Positions 1 to 8,713 are shown, counted from the first letter of the stretch. The stretch is 28,336 nucleotides of DNA from Candidatus Woesearchaeota archaeon (GCA_964530955.1 CAZHCL010000013.1:1-28336), one strand, 5' to 3'. Program-made: numbers and translations. The notes: generated from the letters alone by a model not told the origin.

Positions 1-1
1 A

Positions 2-421
2 GTTGAAGCATCAATTAGTATAATATTAATTCTTGGTGCGGTTCTCTTATTTTATCAAACCAGAAGTTCCAAAGTCACTGATAATTTTGCCAGTGAACTG
101 CCTGCTATTACTGATGAAATAGCTAAGAATTTAACCATAAGAGAAGGAATAATTGAACTTGACATGAGCCAGCAAAGCAATGTACTGGCAATTCAAAGCC
201 AGATAAATTCTTTCCTTGGAGAAAGAATAACTAGAGTTGACCTAAATTATACAGCACTTATTTGTAGAATGAATGAATCTTGTTCAATAGATAATCCTTC
301 TGATTTGAATGGTAATTTATACAATTACGAAAGAATAATTGCTGCGAATGTAAACTCAACAAATTTTGATATTAGTACGACTCCAAAGAAATTAAGACTA
401 TATGTTTGGAAAACAAAGTAG
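2..421 (+). CDS. Pilin-like/class III signal peptide surface protein, 5'-truncated by the window edge
   Basis: Frame 2 is open from base 2 (VEASISIILILGAVLLFYQTRSSK...) through the listed 164..421 ORF. It has a hydrophobic N-terminal helix with an early Glu and ends in LRLYVWKTK. The true start lies outside the window, so the listed Met at 164 is internal. Confidence 0.65.
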   Translation, partial: VEASISIILILGAVLLFYQTRSSKVTDNFASELPAITDEIAKNLTIREGIIELDMSQQSNVLAIQSQINSFLGERITRVDLNYTALICRMNESCSIDNPSDLNGNLYNYERIIAANVNSTNFDISTTPKKLRLYVWKTK

Positions 422-437
422 ATTAGATGAGCGAATA

Positions 438-445
438 TTTATAAA
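438..445 (+). promoter_or_regulatory. Archaeal TATA box (TTTATAAA) of the 467 gene
   Basis: TTTATAAA preceded by purine-rich GCGAATA, ending 21 nt before the ATG at 467. Confidence 0.5.
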
Positions 446-466
446 GTTCCTTAATCTAAAAAAAAT

Positions 467-2161
467 ATGAAGAGGATAGCTATATTTTTACTGCTTTTGG
501 TGTGTGTATTCACTTTAAGTTTTTATTTTACACAGGCAGCGCAGGCTCCTGTACAGACTCAAACTGACAACCCAGCAAATGGTCCTACATCAGGCATTAA
601 TAAGATTGTATCTTTTTGTTCAGACCCAAGCCAAACAATATATTCTCTTTATCAGAATGTGAATTCACACGCTGCAATTTTTAACAGCACAGTTAGTGAT
701 CCCGTTGCGGATGTTTCTGTATGTTATGACTCTCTATTTGGGCGTTCTTCCGCTTCTCCAAATCCTTGGAGCTGCAATGGAGCAAATACTTTATTTTATC
801 TTGACTCTCCTTCAAACTCTCACGCATCTGCAACCCGAGACTCAACTTATAACATACCTGTATGCTATGGAGACCTTGCTTGTGTAATAAATGCTACATG
901 TAGTTCAAGTCAGATAGAAGTAGGTGCTTTGTCTTCAGCAACTAATGCACACGTATCTGTAAATGCACAATCAAGTGGTTATCCTTTAAGGATTTGCTGC
1001 ACTTCTGCTGGACCTTCAGGTCAGGCTACTTGGTCAGATCCAGCTAGCGGAGAAGTTATAACGCAGGCAACTCCTTCAACAATAGTTAATATGAGTGTTG
1101 ACTTTTTCTCCAATGATTTGAATGGAAAAAATCTAGTTCTCTCCGTTTATGACGATGCAGATAATTGGCTTGAAAACTTTTCAACAAATGTACAAGAAAG
1201 TCACGCAAGATATCAGGCAAATATTGATAATTTAATTCCTTCTGGATACCCTCTTGAAAGAAGTATTTATTTCATTGCAAGATACTATGATTCGTCAGGC
1301 AATTTGGGTGTTCAGGTAAAGAGTAACAGCCTAACTTATACTAGTGTAATAAAGACTCTTACTTCGGCTAATTGGACTAACGCGGATCAAGAAACAATAT
1401 ATACTGCTCCATTGGATGCAAATGTTGTTTTGTCTGTTGGAACTAAGGGTTATCCTGCAGGAGATACTGTTAACATAGAAGTATATCAAAAGGGTAGCCC
1501 AGATAGTGTTGATTCAATTCAAAATATTCAAATAGATAATAATGGAAATGCGAATACTCAACAAACCCAATTTGGAGGTCTTGCTGGAAATGCAAATATG
1601 GGCGACCAATATTATTTCCTTGCTTATGATAGTAATGGAGCAAGCATAAGAAGCAATGACTTGACAGTATACAAAAAAGAAACAAATATTCAGGTAGGTT
1701 ACTGTTTTGAGATACTCCAGCCTAACAAAGATGATTGTAATAATGCCGTGCCAATCCATGGAAATCCCATAACTGCTCCTAACTGCAATATACAAAGCAG
1801 TGTTTCATATTGCCAATGGAACGACACAACTAATTTATGTGAAACTAGAACTGATTTCTTTGATACTACACAGACTAATGTAGCTTCTTGTATATCTTCA
1901 GCGAGTAATTCGATAGGCGCCTGTGTAAATGGAGTTAGACAAATATTAGTTGATACTAGATCAAATAACATCGCTTGTTCTGACCCTATAACTTGCAATA
2001 GCTTATGTCCTTCAGGCTCATGCGAGATACCTTGCGGGCAGGCGATTGTCGCTTTGCCTTTCTTCACAAGCATTAATTTAATATTAGTAATTGGATTGTT
2101 AGTAATAATTTATGCAATAATAGAAAGCAGTAAAAGAATAAAGAAAATTTCTAAAAAATAA
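467..2161 (+). CDS. Cys-rich secreted, membrane-anchored surface protein (564 aa)
   Basis: N-terminal Sec-type hydrophobic signal, three N(S/A)H...Y/V..(V/I)C repeats, two similar Ig-like segments, a Cys-rich distal region, and a C-terminal TM helix followed by a Lys/Arg-rich tail. Confidence 0.8.
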   Translation: MKRIAIFLLLLVCVFTLSFYFTQAAQAPVQTQTDNPANGPTSGINKIVSFCSDPSQTIYSLYQNVNSHAAIFNSTVSDPVADVSVCYDSLFGRSSASPNPWSCNGANTLFYLDSPSNSHASATRDSTYNIPVCYGDLACVINATCSSSQIEVGALSSATNAHVSVNAQSSGYPLRICCTSAGPSGQATWSDPASGEVITQATPSTIVNMSVDFFSNDLNGKNLVLSVYDDADNWLENFSTNVQESHARYQANIDNLIPSGYPLERSIYFIARYYDSSGNLGVQVKSNSLTYTSVIKTLTSANWTNADQETIYTAPLDANVVLSVGTKGYPAGDTVNIEVYQKGSPDSVDSIQNIQIDNNGNANTQQTQFGGLAGNANMGDQYYFLAYDSNGASIRSNDLTVYKKETNIQVGYCFEILQPNKDDCNNAVPIHGNPITAPNCNIQSSVSYCQWNDTTNLCETRTDFFDTTQTNVASCISSASNSIGACVNGVRQILVDTRSNNIACSDPITCNSLCPSGSCEIPCGQAIVALPFFTSINLILVIGLLVIIYAIIESSKRIKKISKK

Positions 2162-2162
2162 A

Positions 2163-3074
2163 TTATTGACTTCTGGCTCGGTAGTATCTTGCTGGCGAAT
2201 TAGTTGATGAATTATCTCTAAATGAATAAGGAAGCCACATATTTACGCTTGAAGAATAGGTAGTATTAGTTGCTAAGGGTGTCCAATGCTTTAAATCGCT
2301 TGAAGATTCTAAAATAAACTTTTTATCATTCATACGAGTATCTACAAAAAGAGTTGGTCCTAGTTTTGAGGTGTTAGGTAGGGTGGTTTGATCCATCAAG
2401 ACATTTACTGAATTTGTGAGAGAATTATAATTAAGAACTACTTCTATATGCATAGCTGAACCTGAAGAAGGTTCTAAAGAGCCATTTGTTAGGTAAGCTT
2501 CTGTGCCTGTAACTCTGAAGCATTTGTTTCCTAAAGAGGTATTTGTAGTCATGTTGAATATATAAGCTCCAACTAAGCCCCTAGTACCCTTAGGACCTAT
2601 GGAGGTAGCTACTGCTCTGTCTGCTGGAGAAAGAGAATTTGGTCCTGTCTTGCTTCCTGTCGAATTTGTTTTTGAAGACATTTGATACTGATTGAAAAAA
2701 TCCACCTGTGCCCCAGAAATACCATTTGTAAGATTTATCCACCCGTTATTATTTGTAGAAATAATTGTAGCAAGAGTTATTGCAGGGTCGCTTGGAGGAA
2801 CTAACGTCCACTTTAATTCTTTTATTCCGTTTGTATCTGTGCTTTCTGCATAAACATTTACTTGAATAGAACGATTTGAATTGTTGGCAAAATTTCTAGT
2901 TGTAAATCCATTGCTATTGCCAGTCTCTACACTGAAAATAACGTCAGCACTTGCAGGATTAGAATAAAGAGGAAGACTAGCAGCAGCTATTAGCGGAGCT
3001 AAGCCTATGGCTTTCTTGACTTTCCTTGCTGCTGTGCCTGCTTTTTCAAGCAGATATTCGAGTGTCTTTTTCAT
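2163..3074 (-). CDS. Secreted protein (303 aa) with beta-sandwich-like core and a Verrucomicrobia-like C-terminal module
   Basis: Long basic leader plus hydrophobic segment ending ...NPASA|D. C-terminus is FILESSSDLKHWTPLATNT...FRDNSSTNSPARYYRARSQ. No C-terminal TM helix. Opposite orientation to both neighbours. Confidence 0.75.
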   Translation of the reverse strand: MKKTLEYLLEKAGTAARKVKKAIGLAPLIAAASLPLYSNPASADVIFSVETGNSNGFTTRNFANNSNRSIQVNVYAESTDTNGIKELKWTLVPPSDPAITLATIISTNNNGWINLTNGISGAQVDFFNQYQMSSKTNSTGSKTGPNSLSPADRAVATSIGPKGTRGLVGAYIFNMTTNTSLGNKCFRVTGTEAYLTNGSLEPSSGSAMHIEVVLNYNSLTNSVNVLMDQTTLPNTSKLGPTLFVDTRMNDKKFILESSSDLKHWTPLATNTTYSSSVNMWLPYSFRDNSSTNSPARYYRARSQ

Positions 3075-3253
3075 GTTTTTCTTACCTTATTATGAGCCTA
3101 AACCAATTTATTTAGTTTGCTCTTTAGTGTTATTATTATGTAGTAACAACTATATTTAAACCTTTTTATTGCGCTATCTAGACATGCATTGAAACTATGC
3201 AAAAAGACCTAAATCAGCACTATGTTTTTAAATAAGGCAGGATTAGGACATTA

Positions 3254-5938
3254 ATGAAAAAGGAGAGTGTTTTTGTAATAGCTTTTTGTTTTGCAGTCGT
3301 ATTTTTTGTTGGACTAACTGTTGCTAGTTTTTCCTATTCGGGGAATAATATTCAAGACACCTATGTTGGAGGAGATAATATAACCGGAACAATAAACTTA
3401 AGCCTCAATAGTGAACCTGCAGGTTCTCTTCTTACAAGTAGTGTAGGTAATCAAAGTATACGGCTTGTTGATTTTTTGAATAATAATGGTTTAATTCTTG
3501 GGCAGGACTATAACTGCAGTAGCACTTCTTGTTCTGATATATATTCATCTTCTGGCTCAGCTATTTCTTCAATTTCACTTTTGAATCCTGATGATAAGAA
3601 TATAGGATTCAAAATTACGGGGAGCGGAGTCGAGATTGTTTCTCTCTCCCTTTCTTTGTCCGGAAGTTCAGGACCTTCCTGCTCTCCTGGAGCAGAGGTA
3701 AATTTTCTAGGAAATGATACTAGTCAGTACATGCAAAGTAGAGCGTATGTAAATCAGACCTGTGGCTCAGTTACAAAAGGATGCTACGCTGGTTCAAGTA
3801 GTAATGATTGGGTAAGTCTTGAACAAGGACAATTCTGTGAACAAATGAATCTTTCGGTTGCTCCTGCTTTCAAAGTCGGAGCGCATATAAAGCAAGACTC
3901 TGGGGCAAACGGAGATATAATAATGGAATTATTTGATTCGAACTGGAATTCAAAAGGAACTTGCCATCTTTCTAATCTTACGCAGGGAGTTCAGGATTCC
4001 AATTGTGTTATAGCAGCACCTAATCCTGTTCTTCAGCAAGATTATTTATGTATATCGACTGATGGGCAAGGATATTCAATAGATACTGAAGATTCTGAAC
4101 CTGTGTGCGGAAATGCGGGAACCAACTTTAATGATTTTGTAATAGATTATGATGTCTCTGCTCAACCACTTGAATTTGATTCAACAAATATTGTAATAAA
4201 TGAAAGCACTTATCAACAACTGACTGGAGCCAGTTTTGCGGGAGCAGCAGACTCTTATATTGATCAGGTTTATAATAGAAACTGTAGCAATGCTGGATGC
4301 ATAATTCCATTTGAAGTATTTTCTCAAAATAATCAAAACTTAAACATAACGAATGCAGCAATAACTTTTAGAAAATCAGGAACCGGAACGGGTACATCTC
4401 AAAGAACAGATATTTATCAACTTCAAAAAACAAATTCAACTATAACTTCTCCGTATTTAACTCTTGAATTAGCTAATAGTGGATTAACCATTCCTTTTTC
4501 ATCTACTGCAAAGACCCTCCAGTTATATTTGGGAGGAAAACAGTTACTAAAGTCTGCACTACCGATAGATGTTACTCAAGGATTTACATTTGATGTTGCT
4601 CCAAAAACAATAATAGTTGGAATTAATACTTTGTTTAGTTTAACTAGCAGTGCTAATTTAAGTTCTGTGGCTTGGAACTTTGGAGATGGAACAAGTAATT
4701 CAACTCCTGATGGAAATTCTTTCCATACTTATTTACAACAGGGGCAATTCAACATTGTTGTTCAGGCAACAAGCGAAGCTGGAGCAACAATAACTAAGAA
4801 TTTCACTGTTAATGTTGGTGACGCTCAAACTGCTGCCGATTTACTGATAAAAAGAGATACTGGATATATGGATAATATAAGTTCGGATCTTAATGGATAT
4901 GACTCTTGGATAAGAAACGCTATCTCTGACAAAATTAATTTGAGCAGTATGAACCAGACTCTTTCTCTTGCTAAACAGGAATTCGATTCTGGAAACAATT
5001 ATTCGGATATAGTAAATAATCTTCTTGCTTTGAGCATCCCGCAGGGAATAACCTCTGGAGTTATCGGAAACGTGCCTTTGGAAATAGGATTCAATGGAAT
5101 AAATCCTTCCTATGTCGAGTCTCTTTCAGGAAATAATAATACTTTGACTGCAACTCAACTTGCTGATATTAAACAGAATTTGATAGATTGGAATACGAAT
5201 AATTATAATACTAATGTAAACTATAAGGTTATCTCCGAGCAGACAGAATCTGGATTAATACCTGTTTTTACTTACATAAATATAACTGCTAACTCTAAAA
5301 ATAATACCAATGATAATTACAATTTTTTAATAGACTACCCCTCACAGAGTGTTTTATTTAAGCAAAACTATAACCCGAAGAATATTAACGCAGATTCAAG
5401 CTCTGCGACGGCCATTCCTATTTCGGGAAGCAGTTCCCTTGAATTTTTATTGCCTGGAAGCGTAGATATTTCACAGATTGGGGCGTACATTGCTCCTCCT
5501 TTGAGTGCTCTTGGCGTTGGAAATAATCAGGATATTACTCAAGTACCTGTAAATACTAGACCAAGCACAGGTATCTGGCTTTATATTTGGTTAGCTTTGT
5601 TATTTTTAGTACTGTATGTCGCGCTACAGGAATGGTACAAGAGGAGATATGAATCTTCCTTATTTAGAAACAAGGATGATTTGTATAACCTAATTAATTT
5701 TATATTTAATTCTAGAATATCTGGACTTAGAGATGATGACATAAGAAATAAGCTTTCTGGATATAATTGGAGAGGTGAGCAGTTAAGCTATGCATTCAGA
5801 AAGATAGATGGAAAAAGGACTGGAATGTGGGAAATACCTATATTCAAGTTCATTGAAAACAGAAAAGTTAAAGCAGAGATACAAAAAAGGCAGGAGCAAA
5901 ATATGAATAACGGAAGGTTTATTAAAACACAGTATTAA
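3254..5938 (+). CDS. Large PKD-domain surface/S-layer-like protein (894 aa) with C-terminal TM and cytoplasmic domain
   Basis: Signal peptide; PKD signature VAWNFGDGT...HTY...G.F.I.V; TM IWLYIWLALLFLVLYVAL; ~100-aa charged cytoplasmic tail. Confidence 0.8.
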   Translation: MKKESVFVIAFCFAVVFFVGLTVASFSYSGNNIQDTYVGGDNITGTINLSLNSEPAGSLLTSSVGNQSIRLVDFLNNNGLILGQDYNCSSTSCSDIYSSSGSAISSISLLNPDDKNIGFKITGSGVEIVSLSLSLSGSSGPSCSPGAEVNFLGNDTSQYMQSRAYVNQTCGSVTKGCYAGSSSNDWVSLEQGQFCEQMNLSVAPAFKVGAHIKQDSGANGDIIMELFDSNWNSKGTCHLSNLTQGVQDSNCVIAAPNPVLQQDYLCISTDGQGYSIDTEDSEPVCGNAGTNFNDFVIDYDVSAQPLEFDSTNIVINESTYQQLTGASFAGAADSYIDQVYNRNCSNAGCIIPFEVFSQNNQNLNITNAAITFRKSGTGTGTSQRTDIYQLQKTNSTITSPYLTLELANSGLTIPFSSTAKTLQLYLGGKQLLKSALPIDVTQGFTFDVAPKTIIVGINTLFSLTSSANLSSVAWNFGDGTSNSTPDGNSFHTYLQQGQFNIVVQATSEAGATITKNFTVNVGDAQTAADLLIKRDTGYMDNISSDLNGYDSWIRNAISDKINLSSMNQTLSLAKQEFDSGNNYSDIVNNLLALSIPQGITSGVIGNVPLEIGFNGINPSYVESLSGNNNTLTATQLADIKQNLIDWNTNNYNTNVNYKVISEQTESGLIPVFTYINITANSKNNTNDNYNFLIDYPSQSVLFKQNYNPKNINADSSSATAIPISGSSSLEFLLPGSVDISQIGAYIAPPLSALGVGNNQDITQVPVNTRPSTGIWLYIWLALLFLVLYVALQEWYKRRYESSLFRNKDDLYNLINFIFNSRISGLRDDDIRNKLSGYNWRGEQLSYAFRKIDGKRTGMWEIPIFKFIENRKVKAEIQKRQEQNMNNGRFIKTQY

Positions 5939-5946
5939 CAAATAAA

Positions 5947-6585
5947 ATGCTTAAAATAATTAGAGATTTTTCGAAGAGAATGCTCAGGGCTCTTTTCAAG
6001 AAAAAAGAAAATATAAAAATAGGTTTTTACGGACCTCCCAACGCTGGGAAGACCTCTCTTGCTAATAGAATATGCAAAGATTGGACTGGCGAAGAGATAG
6101 GGATAGTCAGTAAAATTCCCCATGAAACTAGACATGTTCAATTTAAAGAAAAAGTTGAGATAAAACATAAAGGGAAGACCTTGACTTTCAAACTCGTTGA
6201 CACTCCAGGTATCGCCACTAAAATAGATTATGAAGAATTTATAACTTTTGGATTGAAAAAGACCGATGCTAAAAAAAGAGCTAAGGAAGCTACTCAGGGA
6301 ATAATCGAAAGCATTCAATGGCTTGAGGATATGGATGCAATTGTCGTTGTCCTTGATGCAAGCGAGAATCCCTATTCACAGGTGAATATTACAATAATAG
6401 GGAACATAGTTGCAAGAAAAATACCTGTATTAATAGTTGCTAACAAGATAGATTTGAAAAAAGCAGATATAAAGAAAGTTGAGGCAGCATTTCCAGAATA
6501 TGATGTAATAGGAATTTCCGCAAAGGATGGAATTAATATCGAAGAATTTTATGAGTCATTATTTAAACTTGCTAAGAAAGCGTAA
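5947..6585 (+). CDS. oapA: Small P-loop GTPase (Era/EngB-like; haloarchaeal OapA-type)
   Basis: G1 GPPNAGKT, G2 HETR, G3 DTPG, G4 NKID, G5 ISAK. Followed by a DUF2073-like gene, with a Zn-ribbon gene nearby. The symbol refers to the archaeal origin-associated protein, not the bacterial OLE-RNA OapA. Confidence 0.85.
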   Translation: MLKIIRDFSKRMLRALFKKKENIKIGFYGPPNAGKTSLANRICKDWTGEEIGIVSKIPHETRHVQFKEKVEIKHKGKTLTFKLVDTPGIATKIDYEEFITFGLKKTDAKKRAKEATQGIIESIQWLEDMDAIVVVLDASENPYSQVNITIIGNIVARKIPVLIVANKIDLKKADIKKVEAAFPEYDVIGISAKDGINIEEFYESLFKLAKKA

Positions 6586-6595
6586 AAAATAAAAA

Positions 6596-6985
6596 ATGAA
6601 AGATAAAAAATTGAGTGGATTGAGCCTACAGGTTATTCCATTCGCAGAAATAGAAAAGATGAGTATCAATGAAAGAGTAAAGAAAATACTTGGACTTGTC
6701 CTTGGAAATAGGATAGTTATTATTCATGGAAGATTACGCTCTGAAGAAGAGGCAAGACTTATTGAAGATACTATGGCAATGGTAGATCATGTTAAAGGAT
6801 TCAAGGGAATTGAGCTTGCAGTCATTGAACCAAATACAAAAGATAAAAGTATGTTTGATAAAATGAAATATAATATTGCAAAATCTCTTGTTGGAGACAG
6901 CGCTGCTTTGACAGTAATAGGTCCGAGTTCTATTGTAAAGGAAATAAGAAGAGATCCTAAGAAAATAGAACTACTTCTAAGCTAA
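6596..6985 (+). CDS. oapB: DUF2073-family protein (OapB-type)
   Basis: Recognised motifs ...ILGLVLGNRIVIIHGRLRSEEEARLIEDTM...GIEL...LTVIGP..IVKEIRRDP; lies directly after the GTPase. Confidence 0.7.
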   Translation: MKDKKLSGLSLQVIPFAEIEKMSINERVKKILGLVLGNRIVIIHGRLRSEEEARLIEDTMAMVDHVKGFKGIELAVIEPNTKDKSMFDKMKYNIAKSLVGDSAALTVIGPSSIVKEIRRDPKKIELLLS

Positions 6986-7022
6986 AAAATGAGAATTTCT
7001 TCCTAACAAAAAATGAAGAAAT

Positions 7023-7030
7023 ATTTAAAT
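7023..7030 (+). promoter_or_regulatory. TATA box (TTTAAATA) of the RCC1-repeat gene
   Basis: GAAGAAATA-TTTAAATA (BRE-like plus TATA) ending 22 nt before the ATG at 7053. Confidence 0.6.
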
Positions 7031-7052
7031 ACCAAATAATACTAGAAGAGAT

Positions 7053-8681
7053 ATGAAATTCGAGGTGGATTTGGGAAAGAAGTATTTGTTTGGTCTTATT
7101 GTCGTTATGATTATTTTTCTTGGAGTTTTAGGAGTATATGCTTATGATAATGCAATTCCAAATCCAGGTCATGGCGGAGACCAAGTTTGGGTCACGACTC
7201 CTGATGGTAATGAAATGACTTTGCAAGATGCAATCGATATGGGTGCCTTCACTCCAATAACTCCTTCGGTTGGCGGAGATGGATTGCCTGCTGGCTCGAC
7301 GATAGATTTGGGAGTTATGGGTGCTGGAGGTGGTTCTGTATGCGCTTTAGTAAAATTGAATACTACTGGTACTGGAATAAAATGCTCTGGAGCTAATACT
7401 TATGGACAACTTGGAGTAGGAGATGTTTCAAGAAGACTTAACTTTAAGGCACTCAATCTTAATGTAAGTAATGCCGTTCAAATATCTACTTATGGTGATT
7501 TCAATTTTGCCCTTCTTAGCGATGGGGCTGCTTTGGGCTGGGGGTATAATGGTTATGGACAGTTGGGTACTGGCGGTACTGCCAATGCATTAATACCTCA
7601 CCCTGTTTTAGGGTCTACAGGTCAGCCATTAACGGGAATTATAAAGTTTGCAGAAGGAAGGCCGTCAAGCGGTTATCAATTTGTATGTCTTATTCTTAAT
7701 AATGGACATGTAAAGTGTAGTGGGTATAATGGTTATGGACAGTTGGGTAATGGAAAAACAACTTCTAGTAAGAATTTTAGTGATGATGTAGTTGGGATAG
7801 CAAATGCGCGCGATGTTAAAATTGGAGGTCATGCTTCTGGAGGATTTGCTTGTGCTTTATTGCCTGACTCTGTTAAGTGCTGGGGGTATAATGGTTATGG
7901 ACAGTTGGGTAATGGAAAGACGGTTTCTAATTCTACTCCGGTTTCAGTTCTGAATTTGCCTGGAAACTGGAATACTAACTTACAAATATGGAATACTAGT
8001 GTCACTGATGTAGAATTGGCAAATGATGATTACGGCAGTGCTTATGCTATAACTGCACAAGGAGACCTTTATGCATGGGGATATAATGGTTATGGACAGT
8101 TGGGTACTGGGAATACTACTAGTACATCTACCCCTAATAAGCCCCTCATACTTGGATCGGCAAATGGAAGACCAGTCAAAGCATTAAGAACAATCGGTGC
8201 TGGTGCGACTGACACTGTTTGCGCGATAACTGGGGTAGGTACAAACTCAGCTGATGGCGATGTCTATTGCTGGGGGTATAATGGTGGAGGTTCGGCAGGA
8301 CAGGGAACCACAGCTTCTCCAATAAAAACACCTACGAAGGTAGCTACTCTTTCAAGTGTCGCCGACATTGAAGGATTTGGCTGGGGTAATTACAATACTT
8401 TCTGTGCGTTGACTACTAATGGAAAAGTGTGGTGCTGGGGGTATAATGGTTATGGGCAAACAGGAATAGGTAGCACGACAACTCCTCAAACAACTCCTGT
8501 GAATATACAGTTTGGTAATGTGGTTACTAATATTACTATGTCTGGCTATGGAAACATAGGATTTGGTTGCGCGACTTTAGCTGATAATAACGTTAAGTGC
8601 TGGGGGTATAATGCTAATGGTGGACTGGGAACTGGAGATACTTTGAATGTTCTTTACCCAACACAACCACAAGCACCTTAA
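7053..8681 (+). CDS. RCC1/BLIP-II-like beta-propeller surface protein (542 aa)
   Basis: N-terminal signal/TM. About seven to eight (C/A)WG(Y)NxxGQLG repeats with V..I..G...(F/T)C.L...G.V spacing. Confidence 0.9.
   Translation: MKFEVDLGKKYLFGLIVVMIIFLGVLGVYAYDNAIPNPGHGGDQVWVTTPDGNEMTLQDAIDMGAFTPITPSVGGDGLPAGSTIDLGVMGAGGGSVCALVKLNTTGTGIKCSGANTYGQLGVGDVSRRLNFKALNLNVSNAVQISTYGDFNFALLSDGAALGWGYNGYGQLGTGGTANALIPHPVLGSTGQPLTGIIKFAEGRPSSGYQFVCLILNNGHVKCSGYNGYGQLGNGKTTSSKNFSDDVVGIANARDVKIGGHASGGFACALLPDSVKCWGYNGYGQLGNGKTVSNSTPVSVLNLPGNWNTNLQIWNTSVTDVELANDDYGSAYAITAQGDLYAWGYNGYGQLGTGNTTSTSTPNKPLILGSANGRPVKALRTIGAGATDTVCAITGVGTNSADGDVYCWGYNGGGSAGQGTTASPIKTPTKVATLSSVADIEGFGWGNYNTFCALTTNGKVWCWGYNGYGQTGIGSTTTPQTTPVNIQFGNVVTNITMSGYGNIGFGCATLADNNVKCWGYNANGGLGTGDTLNVLYPTQPQAP
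7542..8106 (+). repeat. Dispersed 28-bp intragenic direct repeats GGGTATAATGGTTATGGACAGTTGGGTA
   Basis: Exact copies at 7542, 7722 and 7884, and a one-mismatch copy around 8079-8106. Partial copies occur near 8272, 8437 and 8602. Confidence 0.9.
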
Positions 8682-8713
8682 CTTAATTATTACACCAATT
8701 TGATTTTTATAAA

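Noticed and set aside
696-2073. Short ORFs 696..887, 1470..1685, 1514..1795 and 1699..2073
   Set aside because: They lie inside or antisense to the 564-aa gene and have no motifs; shadow ORFs.
3185-3201. TGCAT-N7-ATGCA inverted repeat between divergent promoters
   Set aside because: Only 5-bp arms and no second copy found; compatible with chance.
7542-8106. 28-bp repeats with unique intervening sequence as a CRISPR array
   Set aside because: Spacers are 130-170 bp, everything is in frame within one ORF, and there are no cas genes.
5947-8681. RCC1-repeat protein as a Ran-like GEF for the neighbouring small GTPase
   Set aside because: The propeller follows an N-terminal signal/TM segment and contains Cys pairs and sequons, so it is most likely extracellular, while the GTPase is cytoplasmic. 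It also has its own promoter.
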